From Alphaproteobacteria bacterium (GTDB lineage: Bacteria > Pseudomonadota > Alphaproteobacteria > RF32 > CAG-239), in NCBI GenBank assembly GCA_017475935.1, contig JAFVEP010000036.1, positions 1 to 45,774 on the forward strand: a stretch of 45,774 bases of DNA, given 5' to 3'. Position numbers and translations under genes: made by a program. Shown here in pieces: positions 28,717 through 38,511 of this stretch (within the stretch, counting starts at the first letter, position 1; each line of letters starts with the position of its first letter). Under the pieces are notes generated by a model that ran no database searches, was not told the origin of the DNA, and saw only the letters and a program-made list of their open reading frames with translations.

Positions 28717-29175
28717 TTATACGTGAGCTACTTCCATCACTCTCAATGTGACATCCGCTACTTCAACGTCATCATTTGGGAAAATATAAGCAAAATTGCG
28801 TTGAACTTCTTTTCCCAATGTCGCGCTGTCGATATTCATGATACCCGCCAAAGTTTCAATGGTTTCACCCTTTCCGGCTGCGGCATCCATGGCAAACTGT
28901 TCCATGTTATCTTCCAAAAATGCCAACATCATACGTCCCGTACCGCCGGTAATACGACCGTTCGGATCACAACCGGATGTACCGAATGTAACACCGAAGG
29001 TATTCGAACCGAAACTTCCGTTGGTTGTAATAGCCAACGACTGCGGAATAATACCTGACTGACCACGCCATGCCATAGATCCCAGACCGCATCCGCCGGT
29101 CGAATCAACCGCATGCGCAGCCCCTGTTAAACCTAATCCTGCGCAAACAACAACTGCACATAAAATTTTTTTCAT
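28717..29175 (-). CDS. DUF3015 family exported protein
   Basis: Signal peptide, GGCGLG, TTN...NTFGVTFGTSGC, DAAAGKGETIETLA; AAGGAGG RBS; usual partner of DUF4105. Confidence 0.88.
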   Translation of the reverse strand: MKKILCAVVVCAGLGLTGAAHAVDSTGGCGLGSMAWRGQSGIIPQSLAITTNGSFGSNTFGVTFGTSGCDPNGRITGGTGRMMLAFLEDNMEQFAMDAAAGKGETIETLAGIMNIDSATLGKEVQRNFAYIFPNDDVEVADVTLRVMEVAHV

Positions 29176-29252
29176 ATGAACCTCCTTTATGTCCTTCATC
29201 CGTGTTTGAGTATAATCAAAATATCCGCGCTTGTATAGAAATGATGCAACTT

Positions 29253-29891
29253 TTACACAATAAAATCTTTCACGCGGCCATAAACCCACAAACATCTGAT
29301 TAAAGCAATATACATAACCATTTCAAACATTTCTTCCATAATTTCGTTATCCACACACTCAAACTCTGAAACAGTTGCTCCGATGGCGCATAGCAGCAAA
29401 ATCACAATATCCCACATAAAAAGCGGAGCCCTTAAAATATACGTCATAAGCGTCCGATATAGCTTATTTTTGAAAAAATAAAACACAATATACAAGGCGA
29501 AACAAGCCCTTGCGAGTTCCATAACATAACCGTACTTAAAGCTTTTCCACCGACAAGGTTCATCAGAGGTAAGATATTTAGAGCAAAAATACTCACGCCC
29601 CATATTTGTTTCGCGTATAATGAAAAACGTCACGATCAAAGCACAAAAAACAAACAATTTTTTTTCTTTTTTGGCACTCAAAGCCACAAAAAAGGCACAC
29701 CACAAAATGAGCAGTTGCAAATTTTCCACCACACTGTTTTCGACAAACCATTCGGGATTCGCAAATTTAACCAGTGGTACAATCAGAATCAAACAGATAA
29801 ACTCGCAGAGCGTGATTATGTCGAATTTCCACGACATTCTTTTTTTCAGTATTTTGACATATTCTGACAACATTATTTTCTCCGTTACCAT
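29253..29891 (-). CDS. Hypothetical multi-pass membrane protein
   Basis: About six TM helices; ENSVVENLQ, RETNMGR, EEMFE motifs. Confidence 0.75.
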   Translation of the reverse strand: MVTEKIMLSEYVKILKKRMSWKFDIITLCEFICLILIVPLVKFANPEWFVENSVVENLQLLILWCAFFVALSAKKEKKLFVFCALIVTFFIIRETNMGREYFCSKYLTSDEPCRWKSFKYGYVMELARACFALYIVFYFFKNKLYRTLMTYILRAPLFMWDIVILLLCAIGATVSEFECVDNEIMEEMFEMVMYIALIRCLWVYGRVKDFIV

Positions 29892-30045
29892 ATGCTTTAC
29901 ATATACAAAAAATGTATAAAAAGTAAACTTTATTTTAAATTATCAGTCGAAAATAAATATTTTTGTTCACAATATAAAATTTTTAGTAGAATTTTTATAA
30001 AAATACATATATAAAAAATTATAGTGCAACCTATGGAGAAAAAAA

Positions 30046-30219
30046 ATGTACAATACAAATAAAAATTTATTAGATAACCTTTCTCAGTCAATCAAAGACG
30101 ATCAAGAAGAATCGGAACAAACTTTTGCCGAATTGATTAATGACATCCATGATCCGGCTGTAAAGAGCACCTTGTTTCGCTTAATCAAAAGCATCGCAGA
30201 AAGTCAGCACTCTGCTTAA
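30046..30219 (+). CDS. Unannotated small protein, 57 aa
   Basis: GGAG RBS; MYNTNKNLLDNLSQSIKDDQEESEQTFAELINDIHDPAVKSTLFRLIKSIAESQHSA. Below the ORF-track length cutoff. Confidence 0.65.
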   Translation: MYNTNKNLLDNLSQSIKDDQEESEQTFAELINDIHDPAVKSTLFRLIKSIAESQHSA

Positions 30220-30314
30220 AAGCATTTTCTCTGCGTGTTTTCAAGATTGAAAAATATGATTTGTTTGCCCCCATCAGCTCTTGAATTTTCCCGTCGGATT
30301 ATTATTTAAGGGCT

Positions 30315-30551
30315 ATGGCAAAACAGAAATATACATTTAAAGAAAAGCTTGATATTACCGAAAGCATCGTTACCATTTTAATGTTTTTAATGGCTGTATG
30401 GGGAACCGTGGTCAGTTTTGAAGAAGGATTCTGGCACAAATTAAATCATATCGTCGATCATTATCACAATCAGATATCCGTGGAGGAAACGAAAATTTCT
30501 TCGACTTTACATAAAATCTTTAAAATTGATAATATGCACAAGAATATGTAA
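30315..30551 (+). CDS. Small hypothetical single-pass membrane protein
   Basis: AAGGG RBS, one hydrophobic helix. Confidence 0.6.
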   Translation: MAKQKYTFKEKLDITESIVTILMFLMAVWGTVVSFEEGFWHKLNHIVDHYHNQISVEETKISSTLHKIFKIDNMHKNM

Positions 30552-30554
30552 CAT

Positions 30555-32399
30555 CTAGCGCCGTTCAAATAATTTTTCTATATCCGCCAATTTAACCTGA
30601 ATATATGTCGGTCTGCCGTGATTGCATTGTCCGGAATGTTGTGTTTGTTCCATTTCTCTAAGTAAATAGTTCATTTCTTGAATGTTCAGCGCCCTTCCCG
30701 CACGCACAGAACCATGGCAAGCCATCGTCGCACAAAGATGGTGTATTTTATCGGTCAGGGCGTAAGATTCTCCCCATTCGGCAATTTCCGCGGCCAGATC
30801 TTTGACTAACTTTTTGACATCAACTTCACCCAACAAAGCCGGTGTCTGACTAACCAAAACTGCTGTCGTACCGAATGCTTCCATGACCAATCCCAAATCG
30901 GCAAACATCGTTTGATGTTCCAACAACGCCTCTTTTTCCGACAAGGAAAGATCAACAATTTCCGGAAGCAAGAGCATTTGAGATGGTTGACGCAGATGTT
31001 GTTCCAAACCTTGTTTCATCTTTTCCATGGTAATTCGTTCGTGGGCGGCATGCTGATCAATAATCGCAATACCATCGCTGGTTTGTGAAATAATATATGT
31101 GTTATGCACCTGTGCCTTAGCCAGCCCGAGAATACCGATATTTTCTTCATTCTGCGGTTCCTGTTGTTCCGGTATCCGCACTGAATATTTATTTTCCAAC
31201 TCCGGAATAAACTTCTGATTTCTGGATGAAGCTGTCTTATGAAATGATATGTTCGGCGCTGATGTAAAGGTTTGATGCGGCGCATGCAAGGAAAAATCAG
31301 ATGTTTTATTTTCTGCCGGCTGAACAAAACTTTTTTCCGTCATATCCCGTACGCCTGTTTCCAAAAGATGTTCCAATCCACCAACATCCGCGCTCTGTTG
31401 TGAACCGAGGCTCAAAGCTTGACGAATAGCACCGACAAGCAAACCGCGGACAGAAGCATTGTCATAAAAACGCACTTCAGCTTTGGTCGGATGCACATTG
31501 ACATCAACATAGGCCGGATCAACATCAAAAAACAAAGCACATACCGGATAACGACCGGACATCATCACATCCTGATAAGCACCTTTGATTGCGCCGAGTA
31601 TCAACTTATCACGCACCGGACGATGATTGACGAACAAAAATTCAGATAATGAATTTGCTTTATGATAGGTCGGCAAGCTGACAAATCCTTTGATACGACA
31701 AAAGTCATTTTCACCGGCTACCTCAATGGCATTTTCTTCAAATTCTGCTCCCATAATATCAATCAAACGTTGTTTATGTGCATCGAAAAGTTCTCCTTGA
31801 CAGGCATTTAGGGCCATTTTTTTCTTTCCGTCAGCATATAAATAGAACGATATCAGCGGATTAGCCAAAGCAATACGCTGCAACATATCAATACATTGAC
31901 CGGTTTCGGAAGCATCCGATTTCATAAACTTAAGACGCGCCGGCGTAGTAAAAAACAAGTCCCGCACTTCAATGCGTGTTCCCTCATTTAAGGCCACCGG
32001 TAGCATTTCTTCTTTATGCCCGCCGCTAACGGTTAATTGCCAACCGTTTTCAGCTCCGGTGGTTTTTGAAGATATTGTCAGACGCGAAACGGACGCAATA
32101 GATGGTAAAGCCTCCCCGCGAAAGCCCAAAAAATGAATTTTAAACAAATTTTCATCCGGCAATTTCGAAGTTGCATGGCGTTCGATCGCAAGCGGTAATT
32201 CTTCTTTGCTCATACCGCAACCATTATCGGAAACAACAATCAGATTTTTTCCGCCGCCCGTCAAACTGACTTCTATTCGGTCTGCACCGGCATCAATGGC
32301 ATTTTCGACCAATTCTTTAACCACAGAGGCCGGCCGTTCGATCACCTCACCGGCTGCGATCTGATTGACTAAGTTGGATGGTAAAATGCGTATTGCCAT
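30555..32399 (-). CDS. mutL: DNA mismatch repair endonuclease MutL
   Basis: NQIAAGEVIERPASVVKELVENAIDA, GFRGEAL, DQHAAHERI, CNHGRP. Confidence 0.98.
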   Translation of the reverse strand: MAIRILPSNLVNQIAAGEVIERPASVVKELVENAIDAGADRIEVSLTGGGKNLIVVSDNGCGMSKEELPLAIERHATSKLPDENLFKIHFLGFRGEALPSIASVSRLTISSKTTGAENGWQLTVSGGHKEEMLPVALNEGTRIEVRDLFFTTPARLKFMKSDASETGQCIDMLQRIALANPLISFYLYADGKKKMALNACQGELFDAHKQRLIDIMGAEFEENAIEVAGENDFCRIKGFVSLPTYHKANSLSEFLFVNHRPVRDKLILGAIKGAYQDVMMSGRYPVCALFFDVDPAYVDVNVHPTKAEVRFYDNASVRGLLVGAIRQALSLGSQQSADVGGLEHLLETGVRDMTEKSFVQPAENKTSDFSLHAPHQTFTSAPNISFHKTASSRNQKFIPELENKYSVRIPEQQEPQNEENIGILGLAKAQVHNTYIISQTSDGIAIIDQHAAHERITMEKMKQGLEQHLRQPSQMLLLPEIVDLSLSEKEALLEHQTMFADLGLVMEAFGTTAVLVSQTPALLGEVDVKKLVKDLAAEIAEWGESYALTDKIHHLCATMACHGSVRAGRALNIQEMNYLLREMEQTQHSGQCNHGRPTYIQVKLADIEKLFERR

Positions 32400-32407
32400 G
32401 TATAGCC

Positions 32408-34051
32408 CTACTTACGTATGCGTTTGATGTAATTTATCAGTGAAGCGGTTGAGCTGTCGTGTTCAACTCCGAAAGCTGTCCCTTGAATTTCAGGCAGAAT
32501 ATTCAAAGCCATCTGTTTACCGAGTTCAACACCGAATTGATCAAACGAATTGATATTCCACAAAACGCCCTGAACAAAAACTTTATGTTCATACATCGCC
32601 ACCAACATACCCAAAGAATACGGATCAAGCTTTTTCAACACAATGGTATTGGATGGACGATTGCCGTCAAAACTTTTATATTTTTTCAAAGCATCTATTT
32701 GTGCTTCGGACTTGCCGGCTTTTTGCAATTCAGCGACCACTTCTGCCTCGGTTTTGCCTTTCATCAAAGCCTCACCTTGAGCCAAAACATTGGAAATCAA
32801 AATTTGATGGTGATTACCGATTTCGTTATGAGAAATGGCCGGAATAATAAAGTCTACGGGAACACTTTCTGATCCCTGATGCAAAAGTTGGAAGAAGGAA
32901 TGCTGAACATTTGTTCCGGCTCCGCCGAACAAAGCCGGTCCGGTCGCATAATCTACCATTTTATGATCTAATGTAATCGTTTTACCGTTGCTTTCCATAT
33001 CAAGCTGTTGAAGATAAGCCGGTAAATATTGCAAATATTGATCGTATGGAACAACCGCATAACGATGGATATTGTAAAAATTATTGTACCATAAACCGAT
33101 TAATGCTAAAATAACCGGTATATTGTGCGGCAATTCAGCTTGAAGAAAATGCTGATCCATCGCATGCGCGCCTTCCAACATGCGTTCAAAATTTTTAAAA
33201 CCGACAGCAATGGCAATAATCATACCGATGGCCGACCACATAGAATAACGTCCGCCGACAAAATCCCAAAACTCAAACATATTGTCAGGATCAATACCGA
33301 ATTTTTCCACTTCTGTTTGATTAGTCGATAAGGCAATAAAATGTTTTGATACGGCGTGTTCGCCCAAAGCATCGACCAGCCACTTTCGGCAAGTACGGGC
33401 ATTCGTCAGCGTTTCAATTGTCGTAAACGTCTTCGAAGCCACAATAAAAAGAGTTTTTTCCGGATCAATATTATTCAAAACTTCCGCACACGATGTACCA
33501 TCAATGTTAGAGATGAAATAACATTTAATATCTTTTTGCCAATAGGGTTTCAGAGCTTGTGTCACCATATACGGTCCAAGATCAGATCCGCCGATACCGA
33601 TGTTGACGATATTTGTTAATTTTTTTCCGGTGTAACCGGTAAACGTACCTAAACGAACCGCCTCTGAAAAATCCCGCATTTTTTCCAAAACCTTATTAAT
33701 CTGCGGCATCACATCATGTCCATCGACATAAATCGGCTTATTGGCGCGATTGCGCAACGCAATATGCAGAACAGCTCGATTTTCGGTTTGATTTATTTTT
33801 TGCCCGCTGAACATGGCTTTGATCTTATCTTGCAAATGTCTTTCCTCGGCCAAAGCATAAAGCGCATTCATCACCTTATCGTCGATACGATTTTTGGAAT
33901 AATCCAAGAACATATTGTCAAACGCAACTGAATATTTTTCCGCACGTTTTGGATCATCATGAAATAAGTCCTTCATCTGTGTTTTTGCAAAACTGCCATA
34001 CACTTTTTCCAATTGTTTCCATGCTTTCGACTTCGTTTTTCCGAACATCAT
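32408..34051 (-). CDS. pgi: Glucose-6-phosphate isomerase
   Basis: GIGGSDLGP, ASKTFTT, DFVGGRYS, QQLDMESNGK, FDQFGVELGK. Confidence 0.98.
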   Translation of the reverse strand: MMFGKTKSKAWKQLEKVYGSFAKTQMKDLFHDDPKRAEKYSVAFDNMFLDYSKNRIDDKVMNALYALAEERHLQDKIKAMFSGQKINQTENRAVLHIALRNRANKPIYVDGHDVMPQINKVLEKMRDFSEAVRLGTFTGYTGKKLTNIVNIGIGGSDLGPYMVTQALKPYWQKDIKCYFISNIDGTSCAEVLNNIDPEKTLFIVASKTFTTIETLTNARTCRKWLVDALGEHAVSKHFIALSTNQTEVEKFGIDPDNMFEFWDFVGGRYSMWSAIGMIIAIAVGFKNFERMLEGAHAMDQHFLQAELPHNIPVILALIGLWYNNFYNIHRYAVVPYDQYLQYLPAYLQQLDMESNGKTITLDHKMVDYATGPALFGGAGTNVQHSFFQLLHQGSESVPVDFIIPAISHNEIGNHHQILISNVLAQGEALMKGKTEAEVVAELQKAGKSEAQIDALKKYKSFDGNRPSNTIVLKKLDPYSLGMLVAMYEHKVFVQGVLWNINSFDQFGVELGKQMALNILPEIQGTAFGVEHDSSTASLINYIKRIRK

Positions 34052-35457
34052 CAATCTCCTTTATAAGTTCCCACGGTTATAAAATCCGGCTCGGATGTAT
34101 AATACTTTTTGATTGCGTCATTAACTGCCCCGAGCGTTACATTGTCGACATATTGATTCCTTTTTTGCAAAAAGTCCACCCCTAAATTGTATTTTTGCAT
34201 ACCGACAAGCATTTCCGAAATATCAGAAATGGATGAAAAGCGCAAATTATAGGAATCGATTAAAGATTTTTTGGCTTGTTGAAGATCTGTTTGCGTAATA
34301 CCTTTGGCGGCAAACTTATGCCACTCTTCCAATAAAAGTTCTTTTGCCGGCTTAAAATTCTCCGGTGATGACGAGAAATGCCCTTCCAGCAAGTTAGCGG
34401 CATCGGAAATTCGCAAATAAGTATATATACCATAGGTTAAGCCTTTGTCTTCTCTGATATTCTTAGAAATAACAGAGTTCAAACCGGAACCGCCGAAAAT
34501 ATAATTAGCGATGTACAGCGGATAAAAATCATCGGCTTGACGATGTGTTCCCTGCACGACAAATCTGGTCAAAACCTGCGCGAATTTTTTCTCATTTTGA
34601 TAGCTTTTACCATTGGCCTCAACAACAATGCTTCTTAAAATTCGATTATCTCCCTGTTGAGGCAAGTGTCCAAACAGGCGCGCAATCAAATGTTCAGCTT
34701 CCGATGAAGTTATATCACCGGCAATACCGATCAATAAATTGCTTTTTGTAAAATAGCGTTGCATAAAGTTACGCAAAGTTTCCTCATCAAGCTTCGCAAT
34801 GATTGATTTATCCCCCAAAGGATTGCGGGCATACGGATGCCCTTTACAGATGCTCTTTCTAAACGTGAGTTCAGACACTTTTTCTATATTTTCTTCCTGA
34901 GTATCAATTAAGTGTGCCAATTGCTGTTTATAAAGCATCATATAGTTCTCATCAAACTGCGGCTCGGTCAATGTTTCGACCAGCAAATTTTCTGCCATTT
35001 GCATATTGACCTTAGGGAAAATCAGATAGCCGTCAAAGTCATCATCTGACGCCGAATAGCCGATTTTAATACCATATTCTTCGGTCAAATAACGAAATTT
35101 AAGAAAATCATGATTTTTTGTTCCGGCCAAAAGCATTTCGCTTAACAAATGTACCAATCCGGATTGATCGTCTGTTTCATATGCCGTTCCGGCGTGTAAA
35201 AATTTAAAGCTGACACTGACAATCGGGTTCGATTTTTCCTCCATCAGAAAGGCTTTTAAACCGTCATTTTCAATGACACTGACTTTCCCCGAAAATGTTT
35301 TATTTTTTAAAACTGTATTCTGCAAAACAGCATCTGCGTCAAACAGATCAACCTTTTGTTGCCAACGAAATACGCTATATGTTATGGCTGCAAACACAAT
35401 TAAAAATAAGAAAATGTATCGGCCGGTTTTCTTTTTTTTGCGATAGATATTACCCAT
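34051..35457 (-). CDS. M16 family peptidase, non-catalytic subunit
   Basis: M16 fold motifs without HXXEH; IREDKGLTYG R/Y motif. Confidence 0.88.
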   Translation of the reverse strand: MGNIYRKKKKTGRYIFLFLIVFAAITYSVFRWQQKVDLFDADAVLQNTVLKNKTFSGKVSVIENDGLKAFLMEEKSNPIVSVSFKFLHAGTAYETDDQSGLVHLLSEMLLAGTKNHDFLKFRYLTEEYGIKIGYSASDDDFDGYLIFPKVNMQMAENLLVETLTEPQFDENYMMLYKQQLAHLIDTQEENIEKVSELTFRKSICKGHPYARNPLGDKSIIAKLDEETLRNFMQRYFTKSNLLIGIAGDITSSEAEHLIARLFGHLPQQGDNRILRSIVVEANGKSYQNEKKFAQVLTRFVVQGTHRQADDFYPLYIANYIFGGSGLNSVISKNIREDKGLTYGIYTYLRISDAANLLEGHFSSSPENFKPAKELLLEEWHKFAAKGITQTDLQQAKKSLIDSYNLRFSSISDISEMLVGMQKYNLGVDFLQKRNQYVDNVTLGAVNDAIKKYYTSEPDFITVGTYKGD

Positions 35458-36835
35458 TTTTATCCTCTGTCAATGGTAGCAAAACACCTTCAACAACCGA
35501 AGCGGAAAGCAATTTTTGCAATGCCTTTTGCACATCTGCTAAGCGCACATCATTGATATGTTTGTCGTAGGTTTGAATGTCTTGCAAAGAAAATCCCGAA
35601 GAAATCATATATCCGACCATATATGCCGCATTCTGCGGATCATCATTGGCATATACCAGATCGGCCAATATTTTCCGTTTTACGCGTTCCAGACGTTGCT
35701 CGGTCAAATCCTCTGCCGCTTTTTTTAAAGAAGACTTGATCAAAGCTGAAGTTTCTTTAAAATCATGGTTTTCTTCATCTGTCGGACGCATAACCAATGA
35801 CACGACAGCTTCCCCCGTATTCATGCGGAGATAAGACATATCCGCAGTTAACATCTTTTTTTGCTGAACGACCAAATCCTGATACAGCGCCGATGTTTCT
35901 CCCTGTCCCAAATACGTCACCAGAACATCCCAGACATAATAGTCATTCAGATCACTTGGCGGTAACAAATATTTATTGACAATTTTGGCGGCCTGAATAT
36001 TTTTCAACGACATCGTCAAAGTTTCCTGAAAAGTATGTTGCGGAGCTTCTCGAGCGATGACCGTATGATCAGACTGAGAGGAAGGAATCTGAGCATAATA
36101 TTTTTCAGATAACGCTTTCGCCGTCGGGGCATCAATGTCTCCGGATAGGATTAGAACAGCGTTATTCGGCTTGTAATGCTTCTGATAAAAATGGCGTATA
36201 TCCTCATCGGTTAAAGCCATAATTTCATCATTTAAGCCTGTCACCGGATGACCATAAGGGCTGTTTGCCCAGAGCAATAAATTCTGTCGTTCATTAAAAG
36301 GTGATGCCGCATTATTTTCAACAACTTGCTGCCGTTCCTGAAAAACAATTTTCTGTTCGGCTTCGAATGCTTTTCGGTCAAAATTCAAATGGCGCATACG
36401 ATCAGCTTCCAAAGCCATCACAAGCTCCAATTTACGCACATCCGTCAGTTGATGATATACAGTCATTTCATGAGAAGTAAAAGCATTGCTTTCAATACCG
36501 TTTTCCATCATGAGTTCATTATATTTTCCATCCGGAACAGAGGGTGTTCCGCGAAACATTAAATGTTCCAAAAGATGGGCTCGGCCGCCTTTGCCGTAGC
36601 CATCATCGGCTGAACCGACGTTGTACCACAGCATATGTTTGATGATCGGCGCTTTATGATTTTCAAGGACAATCACACGTAAACCGTTATCCAAGCGAAA
36701 CTCATGCGCTTTGAAGATATCCGCATCAGCTTGTGCCATAAGGGCAAACAGAATAAATAGTACCAGTCCGATCTTAGTCTTCAAAATATTCACCGTCCTG
36801 ATTATTTTCGACAAGATCTTTTTTCGGGCGAACAC
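35450..36835 (-). CDS. M16 family zinc peptidase, catalytic subunit
   Basis: AHLLEHLMFRGT, NAFTS, LEADRM; signal peptide. Exact start uncertain (GTG/TTG near 36784-36793 possible). Confidence 0.9.
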   Translation of the reverse strand: MFARKKILSKIIRTVNILKTKIGLVLFILFALMAQADADIFKAHEFRLDNGLRVIVLENHKAPIIKHMLWYNVGSADDGYGKGGRAHLLEHLMFRGTPSVPDGKYNELMMENGIESNAFTSHEMTVYHQLTDVRKLELVMALEADRMRHLNFDRKAFEAEQKIVFQERQQVVENNAASPFNERQNLLLWANSPYGHPVTGLNDEIMALTDEDIRHFYQKHYKPNNAVLILSGDIDAPTAKALSEKYYAQIPSSQSDHTVIAREAPQHTFQETLTMSLKNIQAAKIVNKYLLPPSDLNDYYVWDVLVTYLGQGETSALYQDLVVQQKKMLTADMSYLRMNTGEAVVSLVMRPTDEENHDFKETSALIKSSLKKAAEDLTEQRLERVKRKILADLVYANDDPQNAAYMVGYMISSGFSLQDIQTYDKHINDVRLADVQKALQKLLSASVVEGVLLPLTEDKNG

Positions 36836-37004
36836 TATATTCCGGCGGCAAAATCAGCGGTTCGTTTGTTTTAACGGCACTGGCATCCGGTCCTTGACGG
36901 GTCAATCCCAAGGTCTTTTTCGTAATACCGCAACCACTTAATATAATCACCACCAGTAAAGCAGAAACAATTTTAATTATTTTAATTATTTTAATTATTT
37001 TCAT
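36774..37004 (-). CDS. DUF3035-like lipoprotein
   Basis: Lipobox LSGC, GPD...V...PLILPPEY..RP; usual position after lspA. Confidence 0.8.
   Translation of the reverse strand: MKIIKIIKIIKIVSALLVVIILSGCGITKKTLGLTRQGPDASAVKTNEPLILPPEYSVRPKKDLVENNQDGEYFED
36970..37001. repeat. 9-bp tandem repeat (attttaatt)x3+ in the lipoprotein signal peptide
   Basis: Encodes K-I-I repeats: MKIIKIIKIIKIV. Confidence 0.85.
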
Positions 37005-37491
37005 TTTTTTCCTTTCTTTTTGTATATTCATGATATAATTCATCACAGATTAAAATAAAAGCACCTATGCAAATGTAAGTATCTGCCAAATTAAATGCCG
37101 GCCAATGATAACCATCGTAGTGAAAATCTAAAAAATCAAGCACGGCTCCATGATTGATGCGATCTATAACATTTCCCAATGCACCGCCGATAATGAATCC
37201 CAAGCATAATATTTTAACCTTTTGTGTTTCTTTTTTCATCCAGTAAAGCAAAAAAGCACAGATCAGCAAAGCCGCGACGGATAAACAAATCGTACCGAGC
37301 AGACCGTGTCCGTTCAGCATTGAAAAGCTAACTCCCGTATTCCACACTTTGATGATATTGGCATATCCGCCCAAATGAATTACCTGATCAGCCGATATAT
37401 TATCAAAAATCCACAATTTACTCAATTGATCCGTTAAAACGGCAAGCAGTGAAACTATCAATCCTAAAAACAAAACATTCCTCCATACCAC
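36991..37491 (-). CDS. lspA: Lipoprotein signal peptidase II
   Basis: DQLSK, NTGVSFS, GGALGNVIDR, VLDFL, WPAFNLAD. Confidence 0.96.
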   Translation of the reverse strand: MVWRNVLFLGLIVSLLAVLTDQLSKLWIFDNISADQVIHLGGYANIIKVWNTGVSFSMLNGHGLLGTICLSVAALLICAFLLYWMKKETQKVKILCLGFIIGGALGNVIDRINHGAVLDFLDFHYDGYHWPAFNLADTYICIGAFILICDELYHEYTKRKEKNENN

Positions 37492-37557
37492 TGTACTGAT
37501 TTATACATAATTTTTTTGCGATAAACCAGTGTGATTTGAAAAAATCTACAAGTTTTT

Positions 37558-38511
37558 TTAAAACATGCCTTTTTTGCGAAAATAAATAATCACCAAAAGC
37601 GTCGCCACCATGGATAGAGAAATCACAATCCAGAAGCCGTATGCCAAGTTCGCCGCCGGAACCGGCACGTTCATCCCCCAAAAACTGGCCAGCATGGTCG
37701 GAATGGAAAGAACAATCGTGATCGCCGCCAAAAATTTCATAATCTGGTTCACATTATTATTGATAATGGAGGCAAACCCATCCATCATACCCTCTAAAAT
37801 CGAACGATGCATATCCACCATTTCAATAGCTTGTTTATTTTCGACAATCACATCTTCCAAAAGATCAATATCATCTTCAGTAAAAGCCAAAAGTTTAGAT
37901 GTGGACGGAGATTTCGTCATACGCAGCATTTTTTCCAATACTAAATGATTATCGCGCAACGCAGTCGTAAAGTAAACAAGTGATTTTTGAATTTCAATCA
38001 GCTGAAACAACTCCTTGTTGTTTGTCGTTTGTTTTAACGCATCTTCAATATATTCCGTTTTACGATTGATAATGGCTAAATAACGCAGATAATACTGTGT
38101 TATCTTGTACAGGATCAGCAGCATGAATTTGGTACGTTGACGCGTATCAAACGAATTGGCTGTATTTTTGTTAAAAGAACTTAAAATACGATTGTCACGA
38201 GAGCAAATGGTTAAAAAGTTTTTCGAAGAAAAGACCAAACCGCACGGCAAGGTATCAAAATTACCTTCTTCATCAAGCAACGGTAAATTAACAATGGCTG
38301 AAAAGATGCCGTCATCCAACTCAACGCGCGAACGTTCATCCGCATCCAAAGAATTTTGCAAGATATCGGAATCGACCTTGAGCATTGACGAAACCTGCTC
38401 AAGTTCTTTTCCTGACGGATTTATCAGGCTGAACCATGCGTGAGAGACAACCCTAAACTTTTTAAGCTTAACTAACTTTCCGACAGCTTCTGTTTTGTAT
38501 ATTCTTAACAT
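37558..38511 (-). CDS. corA: CorA family Mg2+/Co2+ transporter
   Basis: W..LINPS, DERSRVE, NNNVNQIMKFL, SFWGMNV signature between two C-terminal TM helices. Confidence 0.93.
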   Translation of the reverse strand: MLRIYKTEAVGKLVKLKKFRVVSHAWFSLINPSGKELEQVSSMLKVDSDILQNSLDADERSRVELDDGIFSAIVNLPLLDEEGNFDTLPCGLVFSSKNFLTICSRDNRILSSFNKNTANSFDTRQRTKFMLLILYKITQYYLRYLAIINRKTEYIEDALKQTTNNKELFQLIEIQKSLVYFTTALRDNHLVLEKMLRMTKSPSTSKLLAFTEDDIDLLEDVIVENKQAIEMVDMHRSILEGMMDGFASIINNNVNQIMKFLAAITIVLSIPTMLASFWGMNVPVPAANLAYGFWIVISLSMVATLLVIIYFRKKGMF

